From contig NW_026930720.1 of assembly GCF_032062105.1 (NCBI RefSeq), forward strand, positions 1-64,000: a stretch of DNA of 64,000 nucleotides. Reading direction: 5' to 3'. The stretch's first letter is position 1. Every line of letters begins with the position of its first letter. The position numbers and the translations under genes are program-made. Under the pieces are notes generated by a model. The model made no database searches and was not told the DNA's origin. It worked only from the letters and a program-made list of their open reading frames with translations. This document shows positions 12,613-27,080 of the stretch, piece by piece. This DNA comes from Saccostrea cucullata. Its lineage: Eukaryota.

Positions 12613-15186
12613 GGGGTCGTAACAAAAAGCTTGCTAAGTTTTCAACTTACGTAGGGTCATAGGTATGATTTAGGCACAATCTTAGGACATGTCTAAGTAC
12701 TACTTAAGTATGTCTTAAACCGTATCATAAAACGAACATAGCGAGGTCTTAGCTACATGTATGTGTAAGTTCACAATTTTTCTCATGAATTATGCTAGTT
12801 TTTCAATTATATACTGTACTTGTATGATCATTAATATTCAGTTAAAATACTTTTTATTATATATAAAATTGATATATTTTCTTAAATTTTAGTAAGGTCA
12901 TTAAATTTTGTATGAAAATTATGTTGCCAATTATTCTTAATATTAAAATCCAAAAAATTACACGTTCACACTATGGCAAGTGTTCGAAATATATGCATGA
13001 CTTTTGTTTTATCACACGAGGCTGCGATGTATTCATTGGTCTTTTGTTGTTGTTTTTTGTTTGACAATTATTTACTCGCTTTGTCATTCTTGGCAGACAT
13101 GGCAGGAAAACTGAACATTTACATGTTCTTGAAATTGAAACTCTATTAGCAACAGTACAAAATAATAGGGCTACTTTGAATTCTTTCCTATCTCATGTAT
13201 CAGCTAATGTCAACAGGCTAAGGTTGAAAACTCTATGATTATATGTGTACTTATTTAAGGAATCAATGTCTAGTTACATATGTAGTAGAGTATGTCTGGG
13301 CAACAACGAAAAACATTGTTTTGCATGTCACCAAATTACCAAGTCTCCGACTGTAATGAACTATCTATTCCCTATATCCGCGCTTGTTGCGTTCTTCATT
13401 TAATCTCATTGTCTTTATCTATGTTGCCTTCACTACTGTATTAAAAAAACCCTGAGAATCCAACAAAACCCTGAGGAAGTACTGAGTTGTACTGAGAAAA
13501 CCCTGAGTTGTACTGAGGCTACTACTGAGAAACTGATGAAGTCCTGAGTAGCACTGAGGTTTTCACTGTGCATTCTGTTGTGCTACTGAGGAGCACTGAG
13601 GTTAGCACTGTTGCTACTAGTGAAGTACTGAGTGGCACTGAGGTGCGTCTGGGGGCACTGAGCTGATACTGTGTGATACTGAGGTTTTTATTGAGGCAAC
13701 TGAGGACATACCAAGAGGCACTGAGGTTTTCCAAAAGCAATAATATGACAATAAAATAAGATTAACAGTGGGTAGACAAATAATTGTTTTTGTACATAAC
13801 TATATCTTCCTTATAGTATTTGATTTAGGGAACCACCAACACTATTTAATTTTCAATTACTTATTATATAGTTGTAGTGTATATCTTTCATTATTATTTT
13901 TTTCATTTTCTCAAGTTAAATAATCAAGAAATGTTGTGTTTGTATTTATTGTCAGTAACAATGAGTATTGCTACACTAGGTCTATTATTTATATAGAAAT
14001 CATAAATAATAAAATATATTCTAGAAACGATTTCTTTGTAAAGATTACTCACGCATTAAATGGAAACTGCTAAATATGCCCATCTATTTAATATGGCCTG
14101 TCTCGACCTTATTTGAAATAGAATTCATTACAAAATTTAAAATCATTTTATTTTTTAAGTGTTAAAAATATATTTTGCAGTCAATTGCGAGAGTATACAA
14201 AACTTAATTTTCCAATTTTCTCCTATTTTACTGGTTATTTCATCTTCTGGAAAAATAGGAGTAGAGGTTTAAATCCTTTAATAAGCTATGCTGGTATACA
14301 ATATAATAATAATTTATCTAATATTTTGCTATTAATAATAACTTATTTTAACATGATTTTTGGTCTTTTTATAACGATCAAAACCGCAGTTATAATTACC
14401 ACATATGTTTATGATATAGGGTGAAAAAGCCAGCAGGTTTTCCAGCAAACATTTGGGTCGTGACATCGGAACAATGTATTTCCGTATAGTTTTCTTATGA
14501 AATACTGAATTGTGTCTTCCAAGTTCCTGCGAAGGTTATAATCAAGCTGTGGTTTCTAAATATTTCCACGAGGTAAACTTTGATATGGTAATCAAATTAC
14601 AAAATTAAAGTTCCGTCTCGTTTTCATTTTCAAAAACATGTATTTTAATTGGTTTGAAAGCATTTTCTTGACAATAGACATTTTGAAGAGATATCAAAAG
14701 ATTTGACTTAATTTTCCCATGAACTTTATTTCTCAGCCAGTGTAATTCTGTGTATTCTGCAAAGTAAAAGTTAAATTAAATTAACTGGAAATTTTAATAA
14801 TCTACTTTTCGGCAAAATTTTCTTATGAAATGAAATAGAAATTATATAGAAATTAAAGTTTTATTTTTAGAAATAAAAATTAAAATCATCGCAAATTAAT
14901 TTGGTAGGTTTCAATCATTACGATGACCCTCGTACGTAGTCACGGGCACCTGTCCACACGTGTCACAAGACACCTGCTACTGTGTTAGTGTATTTTTTGT
15001 ATATTCTATGTGATTTGGGGGGTTTTCAGCCCAGGGATGACAATTGGCTGTGTTTAACTGTGTATACACACCACTAACGTAACATCCATACAAAAATACT
15101 GGTTTTCATTAATAAAAGGCTGATTAAAAGATTTGATAAATTTAGAGATAAAATATTGATGAAATTATCAATATATATTTAATGAG

Positions 15187-15220
<34 letters not shown>

Positions 15221-18200
15221 AGACAATACTGACTTAACGGGAAGTTGTTTTAGTACCCTTGAATAATTAAAGCAATTTTTATCTGTATCTGATAAAAATT
15301 ATTTCTGGTTTTTCTATTATAAAAAAGAACTGAGGTTCTGTTACATTGTAATAATATCAGGTCCTGGTGTATCTAAAATTTCCAATCACTATTTGAATTA
15401 TATCTGAAGTACATGAAGTATATAAATAAATTCACTGTCTGTGTACGAATTTTCCTCAACTAAATAAATTATATTTATACTGATTAAGAAAAGCTTCGTT
15501 AATGTTTGGATTGAATTTACATTTTCAAAACATATTAACAACAATGTCCTGATACACAAAAAGAACAAGTTTTCCACTCACGGATTATATATCTAATTTA
15601 ACTTTCTATACCCCTTCCCCTATTAAAGAATATCTTAACATCTTCTAGTCTCTTTTTTATATACTTCAACCCCGAAGTTTAATTTCAATAAAAATATATC
15701 TATATTAATGAATTTGATAAACTATGTTTAATGCTTTCATGGTGGTATAGTATTTATAGTGTTTGGTGATTTTATGTCAACGCCACATAAATCTACCCAA
15801 GTCAAGATCAATAACTCATGTATCGACTGTCAATCAATAAAAAAAAATGATTAAGCTATTGATGAGCTACATGCAGTGACAGATACATACAAAATGTTCA
15901 TCGCAATTCCGTACATGCAAAATTTACTGCATTTATAAGAGTAAAGAAAATGGTTTCCAGTTTATTAATTTCTATTTCTAAATTTCTAATATATTATCAG
16001 GAAAACACCCCAACCTCCTTCTCGACACTATGTGTACACATTGTTTATTAAGTAAATTGCTTTGCATAAGTTTATAGATTCTCAGCATTATACATAATTA
16101 ATTGATTGAAGGATTTACATTTGAACTCCCATCGTATGAAAGCTTTTCCCATGACAATAAATAAAATAATGAAGATTGAAATGATTTTTTTAGCATTTGC
16201 CAATTAAATATATAACAGTTTGATAACCAGAAGGCTCTACATGTATTAAAGTCGGGTTGTGTGCATGAATATACATAATTCTTTTCGACTATTAAACATG
16301 TTAAAACTGATGTGTGTAACGTAAATTTTCTTTGCAGAAGAACTTTCTTTGTGCACTAAACTTAAAGTTTTATGAGGCAACGCATGATATACAATTTGTG
16401 CGACTACACCCGCGTCAGTCATGCAGCGACCCCCCCCCCCTTTCCAGTTCATTGTATGATACCGGTAGTAATTTTGATATGTTTTATGTGATATTATTTT
16501 TAAAAAAGGATATACAACTTATATGTAAATGCATGTGCGATTCTTAATATTCTTCAATTCATCTGTTACTCTTTTAAAAAGATATTTCCGAGGCGTCAAT
16601 GAACTTAAATATTTACCATCTTTCACTCTGTACATTACTCTGCTCAATGTATAAATCGAGATCGAGAGTGAAGCGAGATAAAATATGACAGCTGTGGTTT
16701 TTAGAACTAATTTTTACCTGTTGATAAGGCCGGTGAAATGATAGGGTATTGCCAGAAATGAAATAATGTATTTATGTTTTATGTACATGTAATTTTTTTT
16801 TTTTTTACTTTTCTCATCGGTATGAATTACAGCATGTCAAGGTCATATGAATCGTTGGCTTTTACATGTTAAACACGTGATTGTCTGCAAGCATGGGAAT
16901 AGGTGCTCGTGTACTTACTAACTGAAATGTCAGATGTACGGCGATATTTTTATTTCAAATTACCGCTTGGCCTGGTTCGAAAATATTTTATTTTTTAGAT
17001 GTATCAACAAAAGAATCGGAAACATGTTCTTAAAATTTAGAACATGCATCCTCTCCGTTATAACAATTAATTACAAAGAATATTGTTATTAAACTTGATT
17101 TACACTGGCTTTAACACTTACTAAAACTCAGTCTTATCAAATAAATCGATAAATAAATATTTATAAAACAACAATTTTCCTATTGTTTTGCCATTTGTTT
17201 ACTACATGTTATTTTATATTTTTAGTAGGTCCTAAACTGCCCATATACTTAAATTACATACTAGTTCAAGAACGAATATTAGAACTTGTGGTAAACAATT
17301 ATATACTATAAAGATTCTAAACAAAACCTTCACTAAAAATAAAGAAATTAGATGCTATTTCCCAATATCTGAAATTTACGGCAACATCCGATCGTTTACA
17401 ACTGTGAATCACGCTCTTCCTGAATTGAGAGAAAATAATTTTTAAATTTCGCAAAAGTTTTAAAAACATCCTATGTATAAAGGATGGTAAAGAGAAACCA
17501 TACATTCAATAAATTGATTCCAATTACAATGTTTATTATTACGACCTTTGCAATGATAGGATAATTAGAAAACTTTGTAAAGAAAACGGAAAGATTGCAG
17601 CTGTCATATTAACAAAAGGGTAACGTATGTAAAGAAAGTATTGCAATTCAGATCAAAAAACAATAAATTTTACATACATGTGAATAATCTGTCTAAGATA
17701 AAGAAAATCCGTTTCTTGCTTTATGGAAAGCAAAGTAAAACATTAAATATTCGCAATTTTCATCAAAATGATTTTTCTAATCTACTGTTTTTCTTTCTTT
17801 CTGATATATTTCTGATTATTCCTTTTTTAAGAGGATCCTGGGAGATAATAATGTCTATCGCTAAAAGAAAACCTCTTATAAATTAGGGAAACTGTACATG
17901 TAATAGTATACTTGTTTAAAACTGATCTGATTAGTAGAGATATAACTACATGCAGTCTTTAAAAATATTAATATAATCTTGAAACCAGTTGGACACTTTA
18001 GAAAATATTTATGAATACATCGCTAATTAAATCTTAATCTTTCTGTGTTTTTCAATGAATTTCTGTAATGAAAAAATGAATAAGAATGACAAAAGAGGGG
18101 TCAGGGCGTCAGGCTGTTCTGAAGGTGCGTTTTGAGTCTAGCTGTCGGGTCACATTGCGTAACTGACTGCTAGCAGGTGCCCGTCTGTATATATACAGAA

Positions 18201-20656
18201 GTGACACCTATTGTTCTTCTTTCTCGCTACCGCATTGTGTAACTCACAGAGCTTCCTTTTGTCAGCGCCAGTGTAGTACTTCAAAGCGCTTCCGTTTGTG
18301 TACAATATCCATATTCATGAATACGCTGCAGTGTTATCTTTTAATAAATAAAAAAAACCGTTTAATTGTTCACAATTATACACTAAACAACTGTTTCCGA
18401 TTAAGCTATATTTTTATGTGGAGTTCATAGTATGGCTTGGGTTTTTTATTCTGATGGTTTAGTCATTTTTTAAAATGAAAATATGAAATTTCAAGAAACA
18501 TTTTGAGTTAAACATACGTCATTTTACTGTAAACGGGTATCAATAGGAGGGACGTCTACATTAACTGAATTATTCGTGACAATTATTATTGCTGCACTCT
18601 AACCGATCGGCAGTAGGACTTGATTACAGCGAATAAATACTGTAGCGTAATTAGAACCAGTAAAATAAAACATCTATTTTTATTCAGTGGAGTTAAAGTC
18701 TATTTTCATTTTCTGTATTTGATTTCTTGAAGAAAAATGTATGAGCAACTCTGACAATGATAAACTCCCGGTACATGTAAACCAAGCGCAGAGTATACTT
18801 GCTATAAGTGTCATAGACAGACAACCAAAGAATCGACGACAGTATTATTTCAATTCATTTGATATCATTATAACTACATGTTTAAACAATGTGTTTTACA
18901 AAGAGATCTCCAAAGGATTCTAACTTCTTTCTTCTTTAAATTTTTTAGACATTCAATCATAGCAGAATTTTCAAATCATGTTCGCGTGTGCTAATAAATT
19001 GCGAACTTATCCAAAATAAAACCTGGACATAAAGAAAAATATACTAAAACTTCAATATTATTTTCTGCTGTCGATGTTCATTTTATTATGCTAGCACATG
19101 TAACAAAACTTTCAGTTATCCCCATGTTTATTTTCAAATTATTTTCATAATTTGTAAGTTATGAAATTAAGAATTAACTGAGTGACAATGAATACAAAAT
19201 TTACAACGTGACAGCTACACGTTTTTACTGACCCGGTAAATTTAAATGTTTTATTCTACATATTGAATTTATACTGAGTGGGAGTAACAACAAAATTAAG
19301 AAGATGACAACAATGAAAAACGAGATGTGATTTGGAAATTCTAATTATTCTCTTTTTAAGATGCCGCAACAACAGCATAAATATTGATGATATAAATATC
19401 ATTAAAAATAGGCAATTAATGTTCAAGTCAGTCAAAATACATCTTTTCAATATTATTTTATTTGACAGTAAATTTATTTCTAATTAATAAGTTGTAAATT
19501 TAATCTGTGACACATCACCGTATTTCTTCCCTATTTCTGCTTAAATTAATTAAATACCATTGAAAAAGTAGAATATGTCAGAAGCATTACCATTACCTTT
19601 ACGACATTAACGATTTTGTATTAGCACAGCAGAAATGTAACTTAATAAATTTTCAGATGTGGATCAAGAATTATTAGACAAAAACTACTATTTATCATGA
19701 TGTTTAACATTGGTTGGATAAATTTTGAAAAACAATTTCCTAAATAATTAATATTTAACTAAATGGTTGATATAAAAAATAAATAAATAAGATATATATC
19801 CATGTATGTATCATTAAAAATATGCCTAGAATACTAAATTAAATATCCTTGTAATCGTTCAAAAGAAATTATGCAAAAATTTAATTAATTAAATGAACAA
19901 GAAGCAGACAGAATTTCAGTTTTATTGTTGATGATATTTGTACCTATTCATTTTGATTTGAAGAAAGTTTATAAATAAATAAATTTGAACATTAGATTAC
20001 AATAAGTCTCATAATAAAAATAATTATTTTTGAGAAAAATAGCCTCAGTCTCACTCAGGATAACCTCAGTAGCAACAGTATTAAAACTCAGGGCTACTCA
20101 GTATCAGCTCAGAGCCTCAGAACCACCTCAGTACCCCTCAGTACCTCCACAGTACCACCAGAGTCAACCTCAGTACCTCTCAGTATGTCCTCAGTGTACA
20201 CAGTAAAAACCTCAGTGCTACTCAGGACTTCATCAGTTTCTCAGTACCGGGCTCAGTACAACTCAGGGTTTTCTCAGTACCACTCAGTACTTGCTCAGGG
20301 TTTTGTTGGATTCTCAGTGCTTTTCAGTTACAGTAGTGAATCTAAATACAAATGTTGAGAGAGATATTGTAGTGATTACTTGTAGTAACCTCCCCCCTCT
20401 TAAGTAGAAATATTTATTTTCTTTCACGCATGATATGAAAAGAGGAATGCTTAAACAACGTAATTCACCCTTAAATATCTTTAAATAATTGTTTTAAAAA
20501 GTTAAGACATACTTAAATCACCTCTGCTGACAGCCTAAGTTTTGCTAAGATTTTCGAATGTAAGCACGCTTCTAGTAACGATCTTAAGTCTAAGACTGGA
20601 CTTAAGTCCTACATAAGTATGGTCTAAGACTTACGTACCCTTTATAATACGACCCC
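12613..20656. mobile_element. PIF/Harbinger-like non-autonomous element, CAG TSD, hosting a 6.9-kb nested insertion
   Basis: cag|ggggtcgta ... tacgacccc|cag. Both arms are rich in CTTAAG/CTTAG subterminal repeats. Confidence 0.75.
13431..20338. mobile_element. CACTA/EnSpm-like non-autonomous element
   Basis: Termini cactactgta...tacagtagtg. About 150 bp of near-perfect inverted repeat. Arrays of ACTGAG (left, 13450-13730) and CTCAGT (right, 20040-20320) subterminal repeats. No coding remnant recognised inside. Confidence 0.8.
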
Positions 20657-21288
20657 CAGGTACTTAGAAACTAGCGACAATGTGTAAGAAATCACGTGCT
20701 AAGTTCATTACACAAAGACCTAATCAACATTATTGTTTTTTTTTTTCAAAATCAAATAGAATGAAATATTACATAAAGGGCCCATTTTTTCACTAAATTG
20801 TGACCCGAGTTGACCTAGAACTGTTTGGCCTTGTATTTTGGCTTTTTTTTCCCATTTAATTAAATTCCAATGTAGAGTTATAGTTGATGCCGATTACCTA
20901 TTTTCTACGCACACCGAAAATCGATCCCGAGAAATTTTATGTCATTCAACTATAAAGAATAATGGAGAGGAAAAGGCGTTAATTGAATTTTTTTCAATGT
21001 ATCGGATGGAGAACTTGTGAAACTGACGAAAACTTCAAAACAAAACACTATTCAGATTCATGCGTAAAATAGTTTTGAAGTTTATTTGATATCCCATGCA
21101 TTTTGCGAAATTGTAGTTTAAATGCTTTGAAAGACCATCAAGGGATTAATGATTTTTTCTTATCTAAATATTATAATTAACTGACGCATTATAAATGTTA
21201 ACATATGTTAAGTTTTCATTTAAGCTGTCTCATGTCAAGGTTTATTTTACATATTTACCAGACCATTTATAATTAAAAAAAATATTAA

Positions 21289-22235
21289 AACTAGTGCTAA
21301 TTGTAACGGGAAACGTTACAGATGTTCCCTTTTCGTACTATATTTCTTGTAAGCCTTATTAAATAAGACAACATCTGTGCATTTTTGGCTTGAACAACGT
21401 TTTCCCAGAAGGATACCAATTATATTGAAATTAAAACATTGCACGCGTGCGCATGTGAATGCACGAGCGTAATTATCATATCATCTTGTTTACACTTTCT
21501 ATGAATTTAAATATGCTATATATTCAAGCATTTAGTCCAAAAGTATTAAATGTCACTCATTCAAGTGTATGTTTAATTTCGCTCGTTCCAAATGCACGCA
21601 CGTGTGTGCACGTGTATGATGACCATACCTTCTTGTAAAAGGCCATTATTTCTATCTATGTTCTGAATTCCATCCTGTTCTGTTTAAAACCAAGGGAGTT
21701 ATAGCTTTTCAATTTTAGCCAATCAGATTGCAGCACACGTGTATCCGCGTGATTTCATGATTTGTTTTCTAAATCATATTGTAGGATATCCTATTGAATG
21801 ACTTTGTTTTAAATTTCAAAGCATTTCGTCAAAAAACAAAGGAGACATAGCCATTTAAATTTTCAGCCAATCAGATTGCAGCACACATGCATGCGCGTGA
21901 TTTCTTGAAATATTTTGTATCTCATATTGCAGGATATCCTAATAAATGACTATGTTGTAAATTTCAAAGCATTTTCCTAAAAAAACAAAGGAGATATATA
22001 AAGCCATTTAAAGTTTCAGCCAATCAGATTGCAGCACTCGTGCATGCGCGTGATTTCTTGGAATTTTTTGTATATCATATTGCAGGATATCCTAATGCAT
22101 GAATATGTTTTAAAATTCAAAGCATTTCGTAAAAAACAAAGAAGATATAGCCATATTATGTTTCAGCCAATCAGATTGCAGTGCACGTGCATGCGCATAA
22201 TTACATGATTTTTTTTCCATATTATATTGTAAAAT
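21289..22235. repeat. Helentron-like fragment with ~149-bp tandem monomers
   Basis: gccaatcagattgcag at 21718, 21866, 22019 and 22166. Head hairpin tgtaacg-ggaaa-cgttaca. Confidence 0.7.
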
Positions 22236-23159
22236 ACAGTACAGGCCACGAGTTTTCCGCATCGCTCGGTGGAAAAAACACCGTGTGAAACGCTCTGTGT
22301 TACACCGTGTACACGGTGTAGCACGGTGTGTGTGGATTTGAAATATACAGGTAGGCACACCGTGCCGCACCTTGTCTAGAAAAATCTCAGCTAATGTCCT
22401 CCGTGTCGCACCGTGTCCAGTAAATTTCGTTCCGTGTCGCACTGCGTGTCCAGAAAATTCTCCTCCAAGCTGCACCGTGTAAATAGTATTACAGATAAAA
22501 TCGTTTGTTTCTGATAAAAATTTAAGAATAAATTTTGATGACAATTCATAACTTTGGTTCATGTATATATAAAAATCGTTTTTATTCTGCCAGATGTTGG
22601 ACTCTGAATGGCACGCATGATATTGAGATTAGATAGCGGTAAAAAAAAAAAATGGAATGATTTTCATTTGAATTAACTGTGTGTCTAGAAATTTATATTT
22701 TAGTAAAAATATTCATCCACGTTATAAAATCAAAATTATGAATTTTATTTTAAATGAATAATTTTATCTCATGTGTTCATGTAACAAAGGAAGACGAAAT
22801 GGCGTCGAGCTGCATTCGTGACACATACACTGTATAGTATAAAATCCGAGCTGTATTTATGTTCATGGTTTTAACATGTACAGTACTAGTGTACGATCCA
22901 GGCATTATTATGTGTATTCCTTATTAAAATACATTTATTTTGTTCATCTTGAATTAATCTGAATGTGGATGCGAAAATCGTCAGCAGAAACACGAAATTA
23001 ATGCAATAATTTCAAAGCGCATTTCTTGTAATAGCAAACATTATTTTCATAGAGTAGTATTCACTACGTTATGTTTTTAAAATCCTTTCAGTGTAAGTAA
23101 AAAAAAGATTTTCTTTATTCTAAGTTTTTTCTTTTCTTGTAAAGTGTATAAAAAGCAAT

Positions 23160-23162
<3 letters not shown>

Positions 23163-23219
<57 letters not shown>
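23163..23219 (+). repeat. (AG)n microsatellite
   Basis: Perfect AG dinucleotide run of about 57 bp. Confidence 0.98.
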
Positions 23220-23221
<2 letters not shown>

Positions 23222-26200
23222 CATACAACCCCCTTCTAACAGAGTGTAATAATTCTATTTAATTGTCACAGTTTTTGTTCATATTCAACCCATTTAATGC
23301 AATCAATTCGTTCTCTGTATATGCTGCACGCACAAAATCCTCATGAATCACCTGTCAATCAATTAAAATCCCATGACGCTAGGTGACCTTGAAAGTCTGT
23401 TTACGCGGAAAGAATTTCTCTTGTGATTTGAAACAATCTTATGGTCAGTTCGGAGTCGCACCTGTTTAAAAAATATATTGGGTCTCTGCCGGTGGGCCAG
23501 GGGCGCCGTATGTTTATCACACCTTTCAAATTCTTTAGCTCTGACCACAGCAAGTGTATACATGTAACACACTCAACTGATATCATGCGAAATTCATCTT
23601 CCAGGTTTCACTACAACAACGATTATAAACTTACATGTACTTTGTTAAATTATTTATCCTTTTTCAGACAAAAATAAGCATGTATCCCGTAGATTAAGAT
23701 TAAAAACACAACATAAATTTGCAGACTTCTGAAAAAGTTTTAACCAGCTGATTCGTATCGTTTTCTAGAAGGGAGGGGGGACCATTTTTAAAAATCGCTA
23801 AATATCTATATGTTTTCTCAAACCGTTTTTTTTTTTTCTCTTTACATTTTTCACACAATGTATTTCAGAATGAAGTAATATTCTTACTGAAGTTAGTACA
23901 TTTCACTTGCCAAAAATTCGGCTGTGATTTTTGTCTTTAGCGTGTTTACTAAGTTCATCACTATTTAAATTAATGAAATTTATCAGATTATCATCTATGC
24001 CTGTTCAGTAGATTTTCGAGTTTACCGCATTTAATTTTTATCCCCATATTTTACATAATTACAGATTTTTGTTGTTAGTTTTACGGCAATAATCCTTATC
24101 TGAACCTGTCCAATGATTCGCCGAGTATCGGTATCGGTATCAAAGAGCAGAATTAATGTGCGAGTCTGATACGTATTTTTTAAAAAAAATTATTCCAGAC
24201 ACCGTCATATATACATGTATATTTAAATTCTTACAAAATCATTAATTCACTTAGTATAATCACGCATCTGATATGTACTACGTATGAATGCATACGTAGG
24301 GAAAAACGATCTTGTATCAACAATTTAATTGAACACGGTTAAAATCAAAATCGAAAGTAGAGACAATCAAGTAATTCATTTATAAAAGTGTGTTTCCTCT
24401 TAGTGTAATAAAATAATAGTCTATTGAACTTTTTATGACTAATATAATTAGGATTTAACTTGAAACGTGATTGTACGGCCTTTCCTCTGTCATTTGTGAC
24501 AAAAATAATGCAACAGAACAACAATAAGCTGAATATTTCAAAACATAAGATTTGTACATATGGAAAGTTTGCCTCCTAAAATACTTGGAAAGTGCTGCTA
24601 GAATCCCGAGTTAAACATGGTTTTATGAAAAATCAGGGTTCATATGTAAAAATTTCAAAACATTGGGTAAGGTTTCGTGCGAATGTGTGGAATAATTATT
24701 TTACTGACAGGACAGTTGGATTCTAGCTGCACTTTTTAGGCAAAATAGATGTTTTTCAACAACAATATTTACTCAAAGAAATTATCAAACTCCGGGGTAT
24801 TGTTGTTCTGTTAGCTTTTTTATTAAGGGAAATTTCGCTATTAATAGAAATCACGTGATGCCGTGGTGGTGGTGCACGTCATTGCTTTGTACACTCTTTT
24901 ACCTTTATGCATTAGATAATAAAAGTTTACGTTTATCAGCGGTTTTGGTAAATTATCAAAATAAATTTTCTTTAAAAAGTCTAAATTTCCCGAAAAATGA
25001 CTTATATGCTTCCTTAACATACCCGCGACGGAAAATTAGTTTTTATGCTCCCGGAACATAATTAACCCAAAAACTTGTCAAGATTGGCAAAAATACGCGT
25101 TTTTTGGACGACTTCCGCTTTGACCGGAAATGACGACGCCGGACGTATTTTTACGACGCCGAAAGATTCAGCTTAACATTTTGAACAACTTTGCTTCTTT
25201 AACCTATTACAAATTCTTAACAATTTTTGAGATATAAAGAACAAATTTTCGGCCCCTCTAGGCCCTTAATTATAGGGGCCAGCCCCTTTTACAAGATATC
25301 ATTTGAAAGATCTTTAAATTCTATACTTCTTTTGTGCAATATGATTTAACAAAATATTTCCAGGTAAAAAGATATCGTAGAAAATGTGTTAAAAATTTTG
25401 AAATTCGTCATAGGACTATTTTCGAACCATAGCAAGCGTCGGCGCTTCGTACTTCCGGTAGTTATGATATACCTAATACCCTTCTCCAAAGGTTGCTCTA
25501 GCATCAATGAAAATTTCATGCGTCTGTGTTAAGTGCTTTTTCAGAAAACTGCCGGACAAAGTGACCCTCTAAAAATCACTAAACTGCAGAAAACTCCGAA
25601 CTAGAAGTGACGTCATCAAAACGAAAAAAAAAATGAATCGAATTCAAGTTATGCTTCATAAGTCCTGGAAGTTTTATAGAAATCTATTTAGCCGTTTTCG
25701 AGAAATCGCGTGCACAAAATCGGTAAGATAATAAACAATAATAATAACTAGATGAGATCTCGTTGCAAGCAACGAGTAGGTCTTCCGTTGAATTTCTCGA
25801 TAAGATGAGATGTGAATTTGACTGAGATATTCGTGAAAAGAGAATGACATTAAGTTTTCCTTCATTGATTTTAAAGTTTCTGTTTTTTTATCACGATATT
25901 CTGAACATCTTTTGTTCAATATGGCTTATAAAAATACTCCCTCTTTTCGAGACGTAAAGCATGAAAAAATTAGCATTTTGGCCTCTTGCAACCACTTATT
26001 ACGTAACATATGATCAAAATTTTATAATGTATTGTTGCAAATCGTTAAGATGAATATCTTTGATTCTCATAATGGATACTTATCAAAAAATAATGATCAT
26101 GAAAGAGTTGAAGATGACGTTGTCTGGAATTTTTAACTTTCGCGAAACTGTTTACGTTTGCATAGCAGCTGCCTCTGTGAATTTCGAACCCGACGTAATT

Positions 26201-27080
26201 AACATGCGGAATGATTGCACGCGAGGGTACATAACTGTGGTCGGGAGGGCAACATAACATGTTTCAGGGTAACATAACTGTATCCGGCGTGATTCGGCAG
26301 TTTTTCAGGGCATATAAATAAAAATATTATATTTGTGATATAATGGGAAAACTTCTTCAAAAATGTTATATAATAATATCTTTGTTACGCTTATTTTCTG
26401 TTTTACTTTGTATTGCGACCAACAGAATTAAGAAAATCAAAAACTGTTATCAAGTATTTTATTTTAATCAGAATTAACAATAACACACAAAAAATGTTCT
26501 CTCCCTATAAGAATACATTGCTAAATCCTCAAGTTACTTTAAATAAATAAAAGTGTTTAAGTTTTTACTTGTTCACGACAACCCCTTCAAATAAACACAC
26601 ATAAATGAAATTGAAAATGATTCTTGAAAAAATTAACATTTCTAAATATTCTAACATAAATATAAGATGTACAGCGGGAAGAAATCCGACCAAAATAAAA
26701 CTCATAACCGCAAATTCTCATGATTTTAATAATAAAGCCCGGCGATTTTTTTTTACTTCTACATGTACGAGTCCCCCTTCCTGTCCAATACTTTAATTGT
26801 TTCTGTTAACCTGCTGTGCATGTACAGTGTAGCTATTTCATTCTGCTATGAAATACAATACATGTTTTGTCGTTCTCAATTAAGAAGATCGATAATTTTG
26901 ATGTAGATTTTGAATAGTTTAAATGGAAAGTAAATTGAGATAATAAAAATAAATAATTGAATGAGGACACGCACATTACCTTGTACTGTATTTTGAGATA
27001 ATAAAATTATACATTTTGTCAAAGACCAGTTTGATTTCTTTTCTACGCACTGACAGATAAATTTCTCTTATGTATATTAA

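Noticed and set aside
13450-13740. Short periodic repeats resembling a CRISPR array, and a Ser/Thr/Val-rich ORF
   Set aside because: No constant repeat with unique spacers. These are subterminal repeats mirrored at 20040-20320; the same applies to 53490-53650 and 54925-55200.
22110-22562. 150-aa His/Gly/Arg-rich ORF
   Set aside because: It arises from CACGG repeats of a transposon end plus satellite sequence.
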